Source of the DNA: Azolla caroliniana
Taxonomy: Eukaryota > Plantae > Polypodiophyta
Direction: 5' to 3'
DNA: 64,000 nt
NCBI GenBank assembly: GCA_043228905.1
Contig: JBHGNT010000009.1
Coordinates: forward strand, 7,440,001 to 7,504,000
Under the pieces are notes generated by a model. That model was not told the DNA's origin, ran no database searches, and was given only the letters and a program-made list of their open reading frames with translations. Shown in pieces: positions 26,664 to 38,934 of this stretch (positions are counted from its first letter, which is position 1; each line of letters starts with the position of its first letter). The translations under genes and the position numbers were made by a program.

Positions 26664-29600
26664 CTGGCTGATCACTCCGACCGGGTAACTGAGGTCGGGT
26701 CGAGTGATTGTCAAGTATATCAGACTTCCGACAATTTGTCGGAACCGTTTCTCATTGCAGGCCGGTTCGGAGTTGGGACAAAGCTTCTGGTTCCGGTCCA
26801 GGGGTGTGGAGACAGGTCGGCACTCTGTCATACCGAGCTTGTACAACATATTCAACACACAGTGTCGTTATGAGAGCAATATGTCGTCAGGGGTTCGGAT
26901 CACCTCGATCCCAAGAAAATAATGAAGGTCCCCCAGGTCCTTCATTTCAAATGCGTCCGATTTCATTGAGTTCGGGTCTGGTGATGACTAAATCATCAAC
27001 ATAAAGTAGGATGCAAACCGGCCATCCGGACCTTGCCGGATGAACAATGACGAGTCGGATTTAGAGGTCACAAACCCCATCTTACGCAATCAGTGCGTGA
27101 TCTTCGCATTCCAAGGTTGGGGGGCTTGTTTCAGACCGTAAAGCGACTTCTAGAACCGGCACACCGCCGACTTGTTCATCTCCTACTTAAAACCGAGGGG
27201 TTGGATCATATAGACCCGTTCTTCAAGGTCACCTTGAAGAAACACATTCTTCACGTCCATCTGGTGAAAATGCCACCCCCTTGCTGCAGCAACCGCTAGT
27301 ACCACACGAACCATCGTCATCTTCGCTACAGGGGTGAAGGTTTCGTCGTAATCGATTCCCCAGGTCTACGCGTATCCCTTCACCACTAATCGGCCCTTGT
27401 ACCGGTTAACCGAACCGTCTACATTGTACTTTATCTTGTACACCCATTTGCAACCGATCGGTTTACAATGTCAGGGAGGGTCAACGAGGTCCCATGTGTC
27501 GTTGGCATCTAGTGCCCGCATTTCTTCCTCCATAGCGGCACACCAATTTGCATCCTTTGCCGCTTCTGCATAGCTCTCCGGCTCGTGCACTTCCGCCACC
27601 TTAGTCATGAACGCGTAATGATGCGCCATGTACTCATCGTACCTGTACCGTGTAACAGGGTTCTTCAGGTGGGAAGACCGGCGTAACTTGGTATTACTCG
27701 GTGTGGGGCCCTTCTTGGCCAGGTCGGTCTTCATTCCCGAGGATTCGCCTTCATCCTTTCCGGAGTCAGATTCGCTCCGATCCCACTCAACGTTGCCGGG
27801 TTTCATATTCCGGCATCTTCTTCTTCCCCTTCTCTTTGCGCGTGAACCGACTCCTCGGTTCCTTGCGCGGGGAGAGCATGACAGAGTCTCCAGTACTCGT
27901 CGGTTCCTCATCCAACTGATCATCTCGACTTAGTCGCTCATTTAGTCCACTTAGCCAGAATGAGATCAGACTCTCTTCTAGAGTGCCGAAGTCTTCATAT
28001 TCTATCTGAACCTCCTCGGGCTCACTAGCCTCATCTTCCGGAATCGGGTCTTTGTCGGGAGTTGGAGTTGGTAAGGAGTACCATGATGCTGTCTCACCGA
28101 ACTGAACATCTCGGCTTACTCGGACCTGCTTAGTCTGGGGGTTATAGCATTTATACCCCTTTTGCTCATGCGAGTAACCGACTAGAATGCACTTCTCCGA
28201 TTTCGGATTCAGCTTCCTCCGCTTCTCATCCGGTACATGCACATATGCTATGCTACCGAATATCTGAAGGTGTCTCAAATTCGGCTTTCGCCCGAAATAC
28301 AGCCACATATAACTGTTGAATTGGCTAGAAAAGTATTCTTTCCCGCCATCTGACCGAAAGCACTTGATCTTCCTCTCCGTTTCCCGTTCAACCAAGCTTT
28401 GAAGGTTTCGGAAACACTCGAAGACTTCGCTCTTCCTCTCGATGAGGTAGATCCACGTGTGCTGGTTGTAGTCGTCGATGAAGGAGACGAAATACCGACT
28501 CCCGCCAAGACTAACGTTTTGTGCCAGTCCCCATACATCCGAATAGATTAAATCGAGCTTGTTATGGCTCCGGTTTCAATCGGTGGGGAATGGAAGCTGG
28601 TGTTGCTTCCTGAGTTGGCAGGCTTCACAAATTTCGGCCTTCGGGTCGCTAAATTTCGGCAAACCGAAAACGACTTGTTTTGATTGCAGGTCTTGAAGCC
28701 TCCGATAATTGACGTGGCCGATCCGCTTGTGCCACAGGTCGATATCCGATTCAACCTTCTGCCCTTTTGCAAACATAGTGGTGCCCACATCATTAGTGTT
28801 AAGGATGAACATCCTCCCGTCTCTGTGCCCTTGCGCAATTATCCGGCCCTCTTCCTTGATGAAGCACCCTAGGTGCGTAAACCGCACCTGCATCCCCTGG
28901 TCGACGATTTGCCCAACTGACACCAGGTTCTTTGTGATAGTCGGGACGTGTAGTACGTTCATCAGCTTACCCTTTTGTCCAACATGGCTTAAAGGGACGT
29001 CTCTGACATGCACAATCGGTTGAGGGGTGTCATCTACGTTTTCGACAATCCTCGATTATTCCGATTTCTCCAAAAAAGAGAACCACTCTTCATGGCTTGT
29101 CATGTGGTTGGACGCTCAGGAATCAACGTACCATACTTCCTCCGTTCCAGAAGTAGTCTTCTTCATCGAGTTAGCCTTGTTCTTCATCACAAAGGTTGGC
29201 CCTTTACCGGTTTTCCCAGTTCCGGATCCTTCCGATCCTCCCACGTAGTGCGAGCTTTGCCGGTTCTCCCGACCGGTTTTGCCAGGTCCAGATTTGTCCG
29301 AATTGGCCCGCTTTTTCCAGCACTCGCTTTCCCTGTGCCCCTTTCTGCCACAGTACCAGCATTTCGTGTCGGCATTTCCTTGCCGGTTCCCGGCGCCGCT
29401 TTGACTCCCCCTGCTTGTGGAGGGTCCGGAACTGCTGTCGACACAACCTCTATGCCTCCGGTCCTGCTCTTGTCGGCCGCCTCCATTGCGTGCCGACCCA
29501 CCTTGTCCACCATGTCCATGGGGCCAATCTGTCTCCGTGTACAACATCCGGCCATCCGATTGAGTGTTCCTTGACACACTCGCATGGTTTTCTTTGACCA

Positions 29601-29828
29601 TCAGCATCAATTGCAAGTCGAAGAAGGACGGTGGTTTCTCCCGGGTGCAGATCGTTGTCCGGATTGGCCCATACCATTGTGCTAGACCACCGAGGCAGAT
29701 TTGTACCATCTCATCTTCGTCCACCGTCATGTTGATGGATCCGAGTGCGTCGCAAATCTCCTTTACCTTGGTGGTGTAGTCCGTAACTGACATGTCTCTT
29801 TGTCGGATGTTGTTCAGCTCTTGCTAGG

Positions 29829-30126
29829 TGTTGGGAGACAGGTCCCTCCGGATGGGAAGGGAGAAGAATAGTGCTGATGAACAAACTCGGCCGAGGCCGA
29901 AACCGGATGAGGAGTACCCGGCTACGGAGAGCCGAATGGTGCAGAACCAGTGAGGAGTGCTCACCGGATGAAGAGACATATTCGTAAATATGTTTCTGAG
30001 AATCCATCATGGCTATATTTGTAAATAGCCGAAAAGTCATATTAGTATAAATATGACTTAGGGCAAACTTTTAAAACGTTGTTGTCATTCTTGTTGGTGC
30101 AAGGAGAGAGAGAGCGCGTAACTGTG

Positions 30127-30191
<65 letters not shown>

Positions 30192-30457
30192 CGTTGCCTC
30201 TGTTGTAACCGCCGCCTGTGGCGAGGATCGTGAGCATGAGGTCGTTGCCTCCGTGAACTCATTGTTGTACATTCTAACATAGTGATAGTTTGCAGCCTGT
30301 GGGCTGCCGTGGTTTTTCCCCTTAGTTTGGGTTTTCCACATAAACATCCTGCGTACTCGTCTCTTCTTCGTGTCGTTCATTATTTCCCGTTTTCTATGTA
30401 TGATTCTAAGCTCGGTTGTGGCCGAGCGTTGCGTATAGGGAGCGTGCAGTTCCGTCA
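29829..30457 (+). mobile_element. Solo LTR containing a long (GA)n tract, inserted in the gag of Copia B
   Basis: tgttggg...ccgtca with perfect TSD CTAGG; removing it rejoins the gag region 'HKLQ...ELNNIRQR'. Confidence 0.9.
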
Positions 30458-31655
30458 CTAGGCTGCAACTTATGGGCTGTGGTACTCGCAGCAAAAATCT
30501 TCGTCAGATTTCCCCAGACCTCCTTCGGCGTCTTTGCATCCTTGATGTAGCCGAGCATCTGATCGTGCACATAAGACGCGAGGCAGTACAATACTCGGCT
30601 CACTCCTTGCTCCCATACCGGGAAGTCTTTGTGTGACGACTCCGGTGCTACTTCATTCGTTCCTTCCATGAAGCTCTAATATCCATGCCCCAACAGGTAC
30701 TGGTGCATTTTATATGACCAAGATGCGTAGTTGCTCCGATCGAGCTTCTCTGTTGGAAGTGAACTCGCCATTCCTCTGTCCATCTCTTCTCTTTATTTGT
30801 TGTTACCGGGTTCTAGGGTTCGTCTACGGAAGCAAATGTCGGTTGTAGAGGTTCTCAACCCTTGCGTTCTGATACCATGTGAATGTTAAAGTGCGGAAGC
30901 GATAGACAGAACCGGCTCAGCCGGATAGCAACAGAAAATGAGATGAAGGTTTAATGGAAAAGCTTAAAAAACACAAAGGAGACAAAGAGAGTAGAACATA
31001 AAACTATATTTAAAAAAAATTAACTCTAAAACTCTGTACATACAACGCGCTAAACAACATTATTTATACAAGTCCATAAAGGACTGACAGATGTACTGAC
31101 AAGTACTTCAATGCTCACATGTGCGATTGACACTAACTACGAGACAATGATTACCTAGTAGTCTAGGCTACTACTAGGCTTCCGGTTCCCGCTCAAATCC
31201 GGCTCCCTGATCCGGCCGGTTGTTTCTGGATACCATCCAGATACCGATCTGGCTCATCCTTCCGAATGCCGATTCGGCTTAGGTTTATTCAGCTGATCCA
31301 GATCAGGTTGAGCTTCCTCGCTCAACAAATGGCAACACCCAAGACCTAGGTTAAAAAGTCAGTTATATAAGAACTGAACTAGGGTACTACCCTTTGGCTT
31401 TATTGTGAATATGTCCTAACCTAGTATGCCCACATGGGACAATGTGAATACGGCCATTATACACCTGTATTCGACACATACATCTAAGCGTCTATTAATA
31501 TGTACAAGTGCGTGAATTTGTATTTATGTATGTGTATGTGTATGTGTACTATGTATGTGTATGTGTGTGTATACATGTATGCATATGTGCACATGTATTT
31601 GTACGTGCATGTGTATGTGTATGCATATGTGTGTATTTGTGTGTGTATGTGCAGG

Positions 31656-32212
31656 TGTTATATCTGAGAGGATTTGAGGCTATCTTCCACAATTACATAT
31701 GTGTTATGGGTATATGTTCAGATTGTGGACTTGCTAGATTTAGGTGGTGTCCAAAAGAGTTGAGTAGTGAAATTTTAATCCCTATTGGGTTGTTTGAACA
31801 TGTTGAGACACATATGAAGGCAAGGTATGTAAAAAAAAGAATTTTGTTAGAAAGTTGCTTAAACTAAGGAATTTGTCGTCTCTTTTTTTAGAAACTAAGG
31901 CAAGATGTGTATCTCTAAAACAGTTCATTAAACATAACTTTATTTACGTATGGCAAACCAATAAGTTCAATCCATGCATATTTGATTTTCCAAATGACAT
32001 AGTTGTCTCAATAGTAGATTTTGTAAAGAGTTATACTTTTAAGGAGGTAAATGAAATTCAATCCATGCATTGGTGGTTAGTGGAGGTAACCATTATTGTT
32101 CATATAACTTATTATCGAGTTTTAGGTGACGTAAAGAAAGTAATTCATTTCTTTATATTTGATGATGAGAAACATAATACATTGTTTTAATTTACATTGG
32201 AAATGGTTGTTA
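31656..32212 (+). mobile_element. Sola2-like DNA transposase relic (Cys-rich region plus the N-terminal half of the catalytic domain)
   Basis: 'FHNYICVMGICSDCG...WCPKE' and 'FIKHNF..WQ...VVSIVDFVKSYTFKEVNEIQSMHW..VTIIVHITY...HFFIFDDEKH...HCFNLHWKWL' match the DF(S/A)ENY..EIQS.HW..SD..H pattern I recall for Sola2 transposases; preceded by a (TG/TA)n tract ending in gtgcag (intron-like). Confidence 0.6.
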
Positions 32213-33425
32213 TTGTGGCCAGAAAGGCCACAAAGAAAGCGAGCGTTGGAAGAAGAAGGCCAATTCGGACAAATCCGGATCATGCAGAGCCGAACAAGGA
32301 AATCGACAGTGGTTGCACTACGTGGAAGGCTCAAGGCAACCCGGAACGGGCCCAACCTTTATGATAAAGCACAAGGAAAATTCGATGAAGATGAGCACCT
32401 CAAAGTCGAACGAGGTGTGGTACGTCAATTCCGAAGTGTCAAATCACACGATGAGCCACAAAGAGTGGTTCTCATATTTGGAGAAACCAAAACAACCGGG
32501 GGTCATTGAAACTGGTACGAACTCGAGCTTGATGAAAAGTCGGCAGGAACATCTGAACTTGAGCCGACTATGGAAGGTAGAAGGTATCCACTAAGACAAA
32601 GGAGAGCACCCTCTCGATACACCAGCCAATATGTTTTATTGACCGATGAGGATGAGCCGGAATGTTACGAAGAAGCCTTGGCAATTGAGCACAAGGAGAA
32701 GTGGTAGAATGCAATGCAAGATGAAATGGACTCCTTGCATGAAAATTATACTTACAACCCAGTAGAGCTACCGAAAGGTAAGAGAGCCCTGAGAAACAAA
32801 TGGGTCTTCAAGCTGAAAAATGGGGAAGATGGCAGCTCACCCAGATACAAGGCCCGAGTTGTGGTAAATGGATTTCAACAGAAGAAGGGGTTCAATTTTG
32901 ATGAGATAGTTGCAGGTCCAGTTGTAAAGATGACATCCATTCGAACGGTGTTAACTATTGTTGCTAGTATGAATCTGGAAATAGAGCAATTGGATGTCAA
33001 AACAACATCCTTGCATGGGAAATTAGACGAAGAAATCTATATGTAGCAACCCGAAGGTTTTGTGGAGAAAGGAAACGAGAATCTAGTATGTCAACTAAGG
33101 AAGGGCTTGTATGGTCTAAAGCAAGCTAAGTCCACGACAATGGTATAAGAAGTTTGAATCCTTCATGTTGGAACATGGGTTCCATAAAACACAAGTTCAT
33201 CATTGTGTGTTTGTCAAAAGGTACAATCAAGGCGACTTCTTGATGCTATTGCTATATGTGGATGACATGTTAGTGGTCGGACAAGACACCAAGAAGATTG
33301 TGAGCTTGAAGAAATCACTAGGCAAGTCGTTTGCCATGAAAGATCTTGGACTGACAAAACAAATCTTGGGGATGCACGTAGTTTGAAACAAAACTAAGAA
33401 TGTGCTATGGTTGTCACGAGAGAAG

Positions 33426-33872
33426 TTTCACAGACACACCAACCGCGAACTCGAACGAAGCACGGATGATAGGGCTAAGGGCGTGGAACTTAAGAAGCTA
33501 GGAACGACACAAGAGCATGAAGACAAAGATGAAGAACAAGGAGACAATATGGGACGAAACGAGAATGCTAGATTGATGTGTCAATGACCAGTGTTGAATC
33601 CCTTGAAAGGGATCAAGGAAGTTATAACTATTTAAACATGTTTGTGGCCTCTACATGTAGTTACCGGCATCGACCCATTTTCATGTAGAAGCTTCTGCAG
33701 CTTTCTGGAAGCTTCAAAAAACCGAACTTGGAATACATAATCTACTAATAATTTACTAAGATATAAATAATATGACCATGTATTTGGATGTGATGGTTAA
33801 AATACAACACTTGAGTATATACAAGAGGTGAAGATTTCAAACCTTGACATGACTGTTGCCATGTCCGTGACA
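33426..33872 (-). mobile_element. Solo LTR (probably Gypsy) inserted in the RT of Copia F
   Basis: Perfect TSD AGAAG; ends tttcacagaca/tgtccgtgaca; the minus-strand start tgtcacggacatggcaa resembles the LTR start of element E (tgtcatgatatggcaa). Confidence 0.8.
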
Positions 33873-35550
33873 AGAAGCATGTGAAAAAGGTTTTGGAAGA
33901 TTTAACATGTCGAAAGCAAAACCAATAGCGCCTGCCTTGTCGACAAAGTACAAGCTGAATGCTAGGCAATGTCCGAAAAACGAAAAAGGACAAGGACGAG
34001 ATGAGGAAAGTACCATATGCCTCGGCCGTTGGTAGCTTGATGTATGCTATGGTCTATACAAGACCAAACATAGCATTTGCGGTCAAAATAGTAAGCCGAT
34101 ATATGAGTAATTCAGGAAGAGAATGTTACCCGCAAGAATATACGGGGAGGCATAAGGGTATGTGTAATGATGTGGTTGATGTGTATGTGTAAAGTAAATG
34201 AGTGTGTGAGGATGAGTATGTGTATGGACACATGCACAATTATATGCATGTGTACAAGAATGTGTAACGGTCTTATTTATAATGGTCATGTAACCGTTAC
34301 ATTGGATGTATTATATAAACCCTCTATGGGGTATGTAATGAAATATACATTTCCCCCCTCTCATTTGGTGTCATTTTCTATTTGTCTTTCTCTCTCGCTC
34401 TCTCTCTAACGTAACCCCCTTGGGACGGGGGTGAAGCCATTCTAGGCTTCACCCCCCACCCCAACAACACTTTTGGCACGCCGGGTGTGTTGTTGGGGTG
34501 GGGGGTGAAACCATTCGTCCCAAGGGGGTTACGTTAGAGAGAGAGCGAGAGAGAAAAACAAATAGAAAATGAAACCAAATGAGAGGGGGGAAATGTATAT
34601 TTCATTACATACCCCATAGGGGGTTTATATAATACATCCAATGTAACGGTTACATGACCGTTATAAATAAGACCGTTACACATTCTTGTACACATGCATA
34701 TAATTGTGCATGTGTCCATACACATACTCATCCTCACACACTCATTTACTTTACACATACACATCAACCACATCATTACACATACCCTTATGCCTCCCCG
34801 TATATTCGTACGGGTAACACATGACACACCTGTGGGACAGTGCATTGCACGGTGAACCCACTCGCCATGGCAACTCTTCTCGACCGGAACTCCATCGGTC
34901 GTCTCAATGGTCGGAAATCCCTTGACCGGATCACAGCTCTACGATCGATAACTTCAATCGGATCTTTGCTTGACTCGAGCCTTCTCGTTCGGTCAACACA
35001 AGTCACGATTGGATCATACACCAATCAGCTAGTTCAATGTGGCATGGGTCGTGAAATCGTGTTGTGCATTTGTGTATTCTTTCTTTCATCATGTGAAGTG
35101 AGTTTTATATTTTTTACCATTTGGTCTTTAAAATTTTTACCCTCAAATTTTTTGAAATTTTATTTTCGGTCCTTGTGTTTTCGAAATTCTGCATTCTGCC
35201 CTCCAAAATTTAAAATCTCATGTCATGCCCTTGAGCTTTTGAAATTTCATCTTCTCTGCCCTTATACCCTTGAGCTTTTATAATTTTATCTTTTGCCCTC
35301 CAGTTCTTAAAATTGTGATAATGCCTTTATGTTTTTGAAATTTTTCTCTTTTCCCCTTTCTCTTCTCTTTCTTTGATTTTTGAAATTCGTATTCCAGCCT
35401 TTCAATTCTAGCAGATGGCGGCGGCGACAACAATGGCAGCGGCAGCAGCAACGATGCCGACGGTTGTGATGGTGGCAACGATGGCGGCGATTGCGGCGGC
35501 GGCAATTCACATCTCCACGATGGATATCAGGCCCTCTATCTCAATATTGC

Positions 35551-35790
35551 TTAGGCCTCATATTGATGAAGTCTTCTCTTTTTAGCATCAACAACCAATT
35601 TTACATCCTCTATTCTTTTGGCCTCTACTTCAACTCTCAATTTCACTTGACACTCACATTCTTCTCGAGCCAAAGCTTCTCCCTTTTTAGCATCCGCTTC
35701 TCTTCTAAATTTCCTTTCTTCCACCTGTGAACCTCTGCAATTGAGCATTGGTATTGTTTGTCTATGCGGCGTGCAAGCTCTCTTTAATTC
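35551..35790 (-). pseudogene. GLE1: Captured fragment resembling the coiled-coil region of the mRNA export factor GLE1
   Basis: Broken translation 'RELARRIDKQYQCSIAE / SQVEERKFRRE...EALAREE' versus plant GLE1 'KEVERKLDLQYQRKVAE...SQIEERKIR' (from memory), with an internal deletion and frameshifts. Confidence 0.55.
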
Positions 35791-35801
35791 CTCTTCTCTT
35801 T

Positions 35802-36223
35802 CAACCCATTGATCTGAACCCGAGTGATGAGTGGATTAACATGGCCATGGCAGGTGTTCCACCACATCTGATCATGAAGAGTGCTTTGAAAGGGATTGCT
35901 TTCTGGATTGGCTAGAAGGATGTTGAAATATAGCTAACAGTGAAGAAGGCTCAACATTTGCGGCAGAGATACAATGAAATGCAGGCAAAGTTTGTGGAGA
36001 AGATGGAGCTTGCTCAAGTAGCTTACAGAAAGTGATGAGATAGGCTTAGTCTCTTAGGAATGAATATGATAAACTGAAGAAATCCACAATACAACAATCT
36101 TGTAGAGATCCATTTCCAATACAGAATGGAGTACGACCAATGTTTTCTGAGCCTTCAGGATTTGAAGATTTATCCGCACACCATCACGGTCGTGGTGCTT
36201 CATCTGCTATTCCTCCAGTGACT
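35802..36223 (+). pseudogene. HEI10: Captured intron-free fragment of the meiotic crossover E3 ligase HEI10 (CCNB1IP1), post-RING coiled-coil region
   Basis: QPIDLNPSDEWINMAMAGVPPHLIMKSALKGIAFWIG*KDVEI*LTVKKAQHLRQRYNEMQAKFVEKMELAQVAYRK, then SLRNEYDKLKKSTIQQ. Compare plant HEI10 (from memory) 'PVDINPNEEWINMAMAGISPQILMKSA...MQAKFSEKMEQVHTAYQK...LRSEYESVKR.AIQP'. Both stops are TAG where Gln is expected. Confidence 0.85.
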
Positions 36224-38758
36224 TGATTTCTAGCCTGCAACGAGACCTTGAGCTCCTCCTGACCTCAATAACCTTCTGAACAATAGTATGTACCAGAACA
36301 AACTTCAACCATGAAGTCAGCCAGATAGTTTACAACTACTCGGGGTCCATCCAATGCTCTCCAAACTTGCTTCTTTCACCTATGAAGAGACCATCCTCTA
36401 GCTTGGGAACAGAATATACGTATGAACATAATAGAAGCTGAGGAATGAGAATGCAAAAATCATCATCCATCTGCTTTTGTGGTGAATGTTTGTTGAATCC
36501 CTTGACCAATAATGTAAAAGTTGTTGAGAAGGTTGTACTTTCTTGTGGCAAAGTTGCATATTAGTAATAGAGCTTCTCTTTTCTGCCTTTTAAGTTGCTT
36601 TGACCCTCATCACTGCAGAGGGGCAATGGCCAAGGAACAAAAGGAACATGAAAGAGAATGGGATGAAGGCAGAAAGAGTGGTGACCACGATCTTAGTGAT
36701 CGCAGAGAAGGAGTTGGTTCTCTCAATCTCCTAGGCCACAAGTTTGTCAGAGAACGTCTTCAATGTGGCCATAGCCCGCACCAACATCGTGAAGATCTCC
36801 TCAGCCAGGACTCAGAGCAGTATAGGTGGATGAGGACAGCTGATGGTTGTGGTGGGGAGCTTGGGCTTTTTCCGTGAGAACATGCTTGCTTCTTCGTCGT
36901 CGTCCATTGCTGTTGTTGCTGTTGCAGCTCGCCATAGCCAAAGCTCGACGAGTTCTGTTTGTTCGTAGGGAGAGACACAGAGAGAGAGACAGACAGAGAA
37001 AAAGAGAGATAGAGTAAGACTATTGTGGATATCTCTATCAGAGGTTGGCTCTTCCACAGAGAGTTCATGCACAAATCACACTCAAAGACGAACACACAAA
37101 GAGGGGGCAAGAGAGAGATTGATAATGGAGAGGGAAGAGTGAGGGATAGACTTCCTCTCAAGGGAGGTCGTCCCACCAAGCGTGCCAAAAGTGTTGTTGG
37201 GGTGGGGGGTGAAACCTAGAATGGCTTCGCCCCCATCCCAAGGGGGTTACGTTAGAGAGAGAGTGTGAGAGAAAGACAAATAGAAAATGACACCAAATGA
37301 GAGGGGGGAAATGTATATTTCATGTTGAGAATCAAGCTCAACATGGTCTAGTGTGTGAACTCACCTTGAGAGTGAATAGACACTCCAACGGTCAAGAGTC
37401 ACCATAATGTCACCTCTTTGTATTCTAGCATTTAGTATGAGTCATAGAATCATATTCTATGACACATAACTTATTAGCTTTCACATTCCCCATGCTCCAT
37501 GAGTCTTGTAGTTAATGAAGAGAGAGGGTGACTATATAAAGCACCCTCCTCCCACCTTGTAGTTGGTTGAGTCTTTCTCGTTTGTTAATATACTTTTACC
37601 TTGCGTACTCTCTGTGTCTTACTCCTTGTCTCTTCATTCTCTCTCTCTCTCTCTCATACACACACACAGTTCACACCTATTCTGCTACACAAGAATCATA
37701 CCCGATTCTTTACAAGGTATCAGAGCGATTTGGTAGCTCGATCTAGCCCATTCGCCTCATCGTGATCGTGTGTTGTGCTCCACGCCGACGACCAAGAACC
37801 GGCTCATCGCTATCGTAGCTTCGCTACATAGCTCGCATTCGAAGAGAGGAGAAGAAGAAGAAGAAGAGTCGACATAATGAATACTCAAATGGGGAGCGCT
37901 CTCCCTACCGAGAAGTTGGATCGAAACAACTTCGCATCTTGGGAGTACAAGATGCACCAATACCTTGTCGGACAAGGCTATTGGAGCTACATCAAAGGAG
38001 CGCATGAAGACTGACCCGCCGAAGCAGCTCCCGGATACGCGACATGGCAGCAAGCCGCAAGCCACGTGATGTATTGCTTGGCGACATGTGTTCACAATCA
38101 CATGCTCGGCTACATTCGCGAAGCCAAGACGCCAAAGGAGGCATGGGAAAATCTACGAAAGATTTTCGTGGTGAACACAACCGCAAGAAGGCTTCAACTC
38201 CGCCAAGAGTTGAACAACATTCAACAAAGGGACATGTCCATTACGACATACACCTCAAAGATCAAGGAGCTTTGCGATTCGCTCGGCTCAATAAGCGTAA
38301 ATATCGATGATGATGAGATGGTTCAAATATGCCTCGGTGGCCTCGCACCACGGTTCGGCCCGATGCGAACCGCCGTTCTAGCACGGGAGAAATCTCCCTC
38401 CTTCTTCGAGCTCCAATCAATGCTATTGGTCGAAGAAAACCACGTGCGTACAAGGAGCAATGAGTCGGAAGGCCACATGCTCTACACGCACTCGAACGGA
38501 GGAAGAGGACGTGGACGAGCAAGAGGCCGATTCGGCCAAGGACAAGGCGGATGAGGTCTGACCTACGATAACAACTTCCAATTTCGGCCGCAAAACGGAA
38601 GCCAACGAGGAACCTTCGAAAGAAGGGGGAGCTTCCACTCCAGCCCGAGCCGTCAAAATGCAACCGAATGCGGATATTGCGGAAAGCTCGGCCACCACGA
38701 AGAAGAGTGTCGAAAGAAGATGCGCGAAACGGCTTCCACAAGCCGACAACTCACGAAT

Positions 38759-38934
38759 TACGCGTACAATTCTGACTACGAAGAGTATAGCGGAATGTAC
38801 GGGCACAACTCCGACTATGAAGATTGTGGCGGAATGTATGCACACAACTCCGACCTGGCGAAATGTACGGGCACAATTCCGACTACGAAGATCGTGGCAG
38901 AATGTATGCACACAACTCCGACCGTGGAGGAATG
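38759..38934 (+). repeat. Five tandem 29-39-bp units between the zinc knuckle and protease of Copia D
   Basis: Units of ta(c/t)g..cacaactccgactacgaaga..gtggcggaatg encoding Y(A/G)HNSD(YED)xGGM. Confidence 0.85.

Larger units (their letters stand above)
19486..31327 (-). mobile_element. Ty1/Copia element B inserted in the 5' LTR of A. LTRs 19486-19898 and 30878-31327
   Basis: Perfect TSD AATGG (19481-19485, 31328-31332); iMet PBS complement ending at 30877; PPT complement ctccccctc from 19899. Gag 'SSLPTEKLDRSNYASW' and CWYCGRKGH, integrase, RT and RNase H, all decayed. Confidence 0.92.
17150..31476 (-). mobile_element. Ty1/Copia element A, internally deleted (only RT C-terminus and RNase H remain at 17512-19334). 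3' LTR 17150-17511; 5' LTR truncated and split (~19335-19485 and 31328-31476)
   Basis: LTR copies share 'gatgatagattaacaagatg' and 'ggcaacacccaaga...tattcgaca'; PPT complement ctccccc 17512-17518; TSD catat/catac; motifs LYVDDIL, 'AVGSLMYAM', 'STTEAKY'. Confidence 0.85.

Noticed and set aside
30042-30494. ORFs with (SL)n/(RE)n runs; similar ones at 31508-31867 and 49079-49311
   Set aside because: Translations of GA/CT/TG microsatellites inside LTRs or intron-like DNA.
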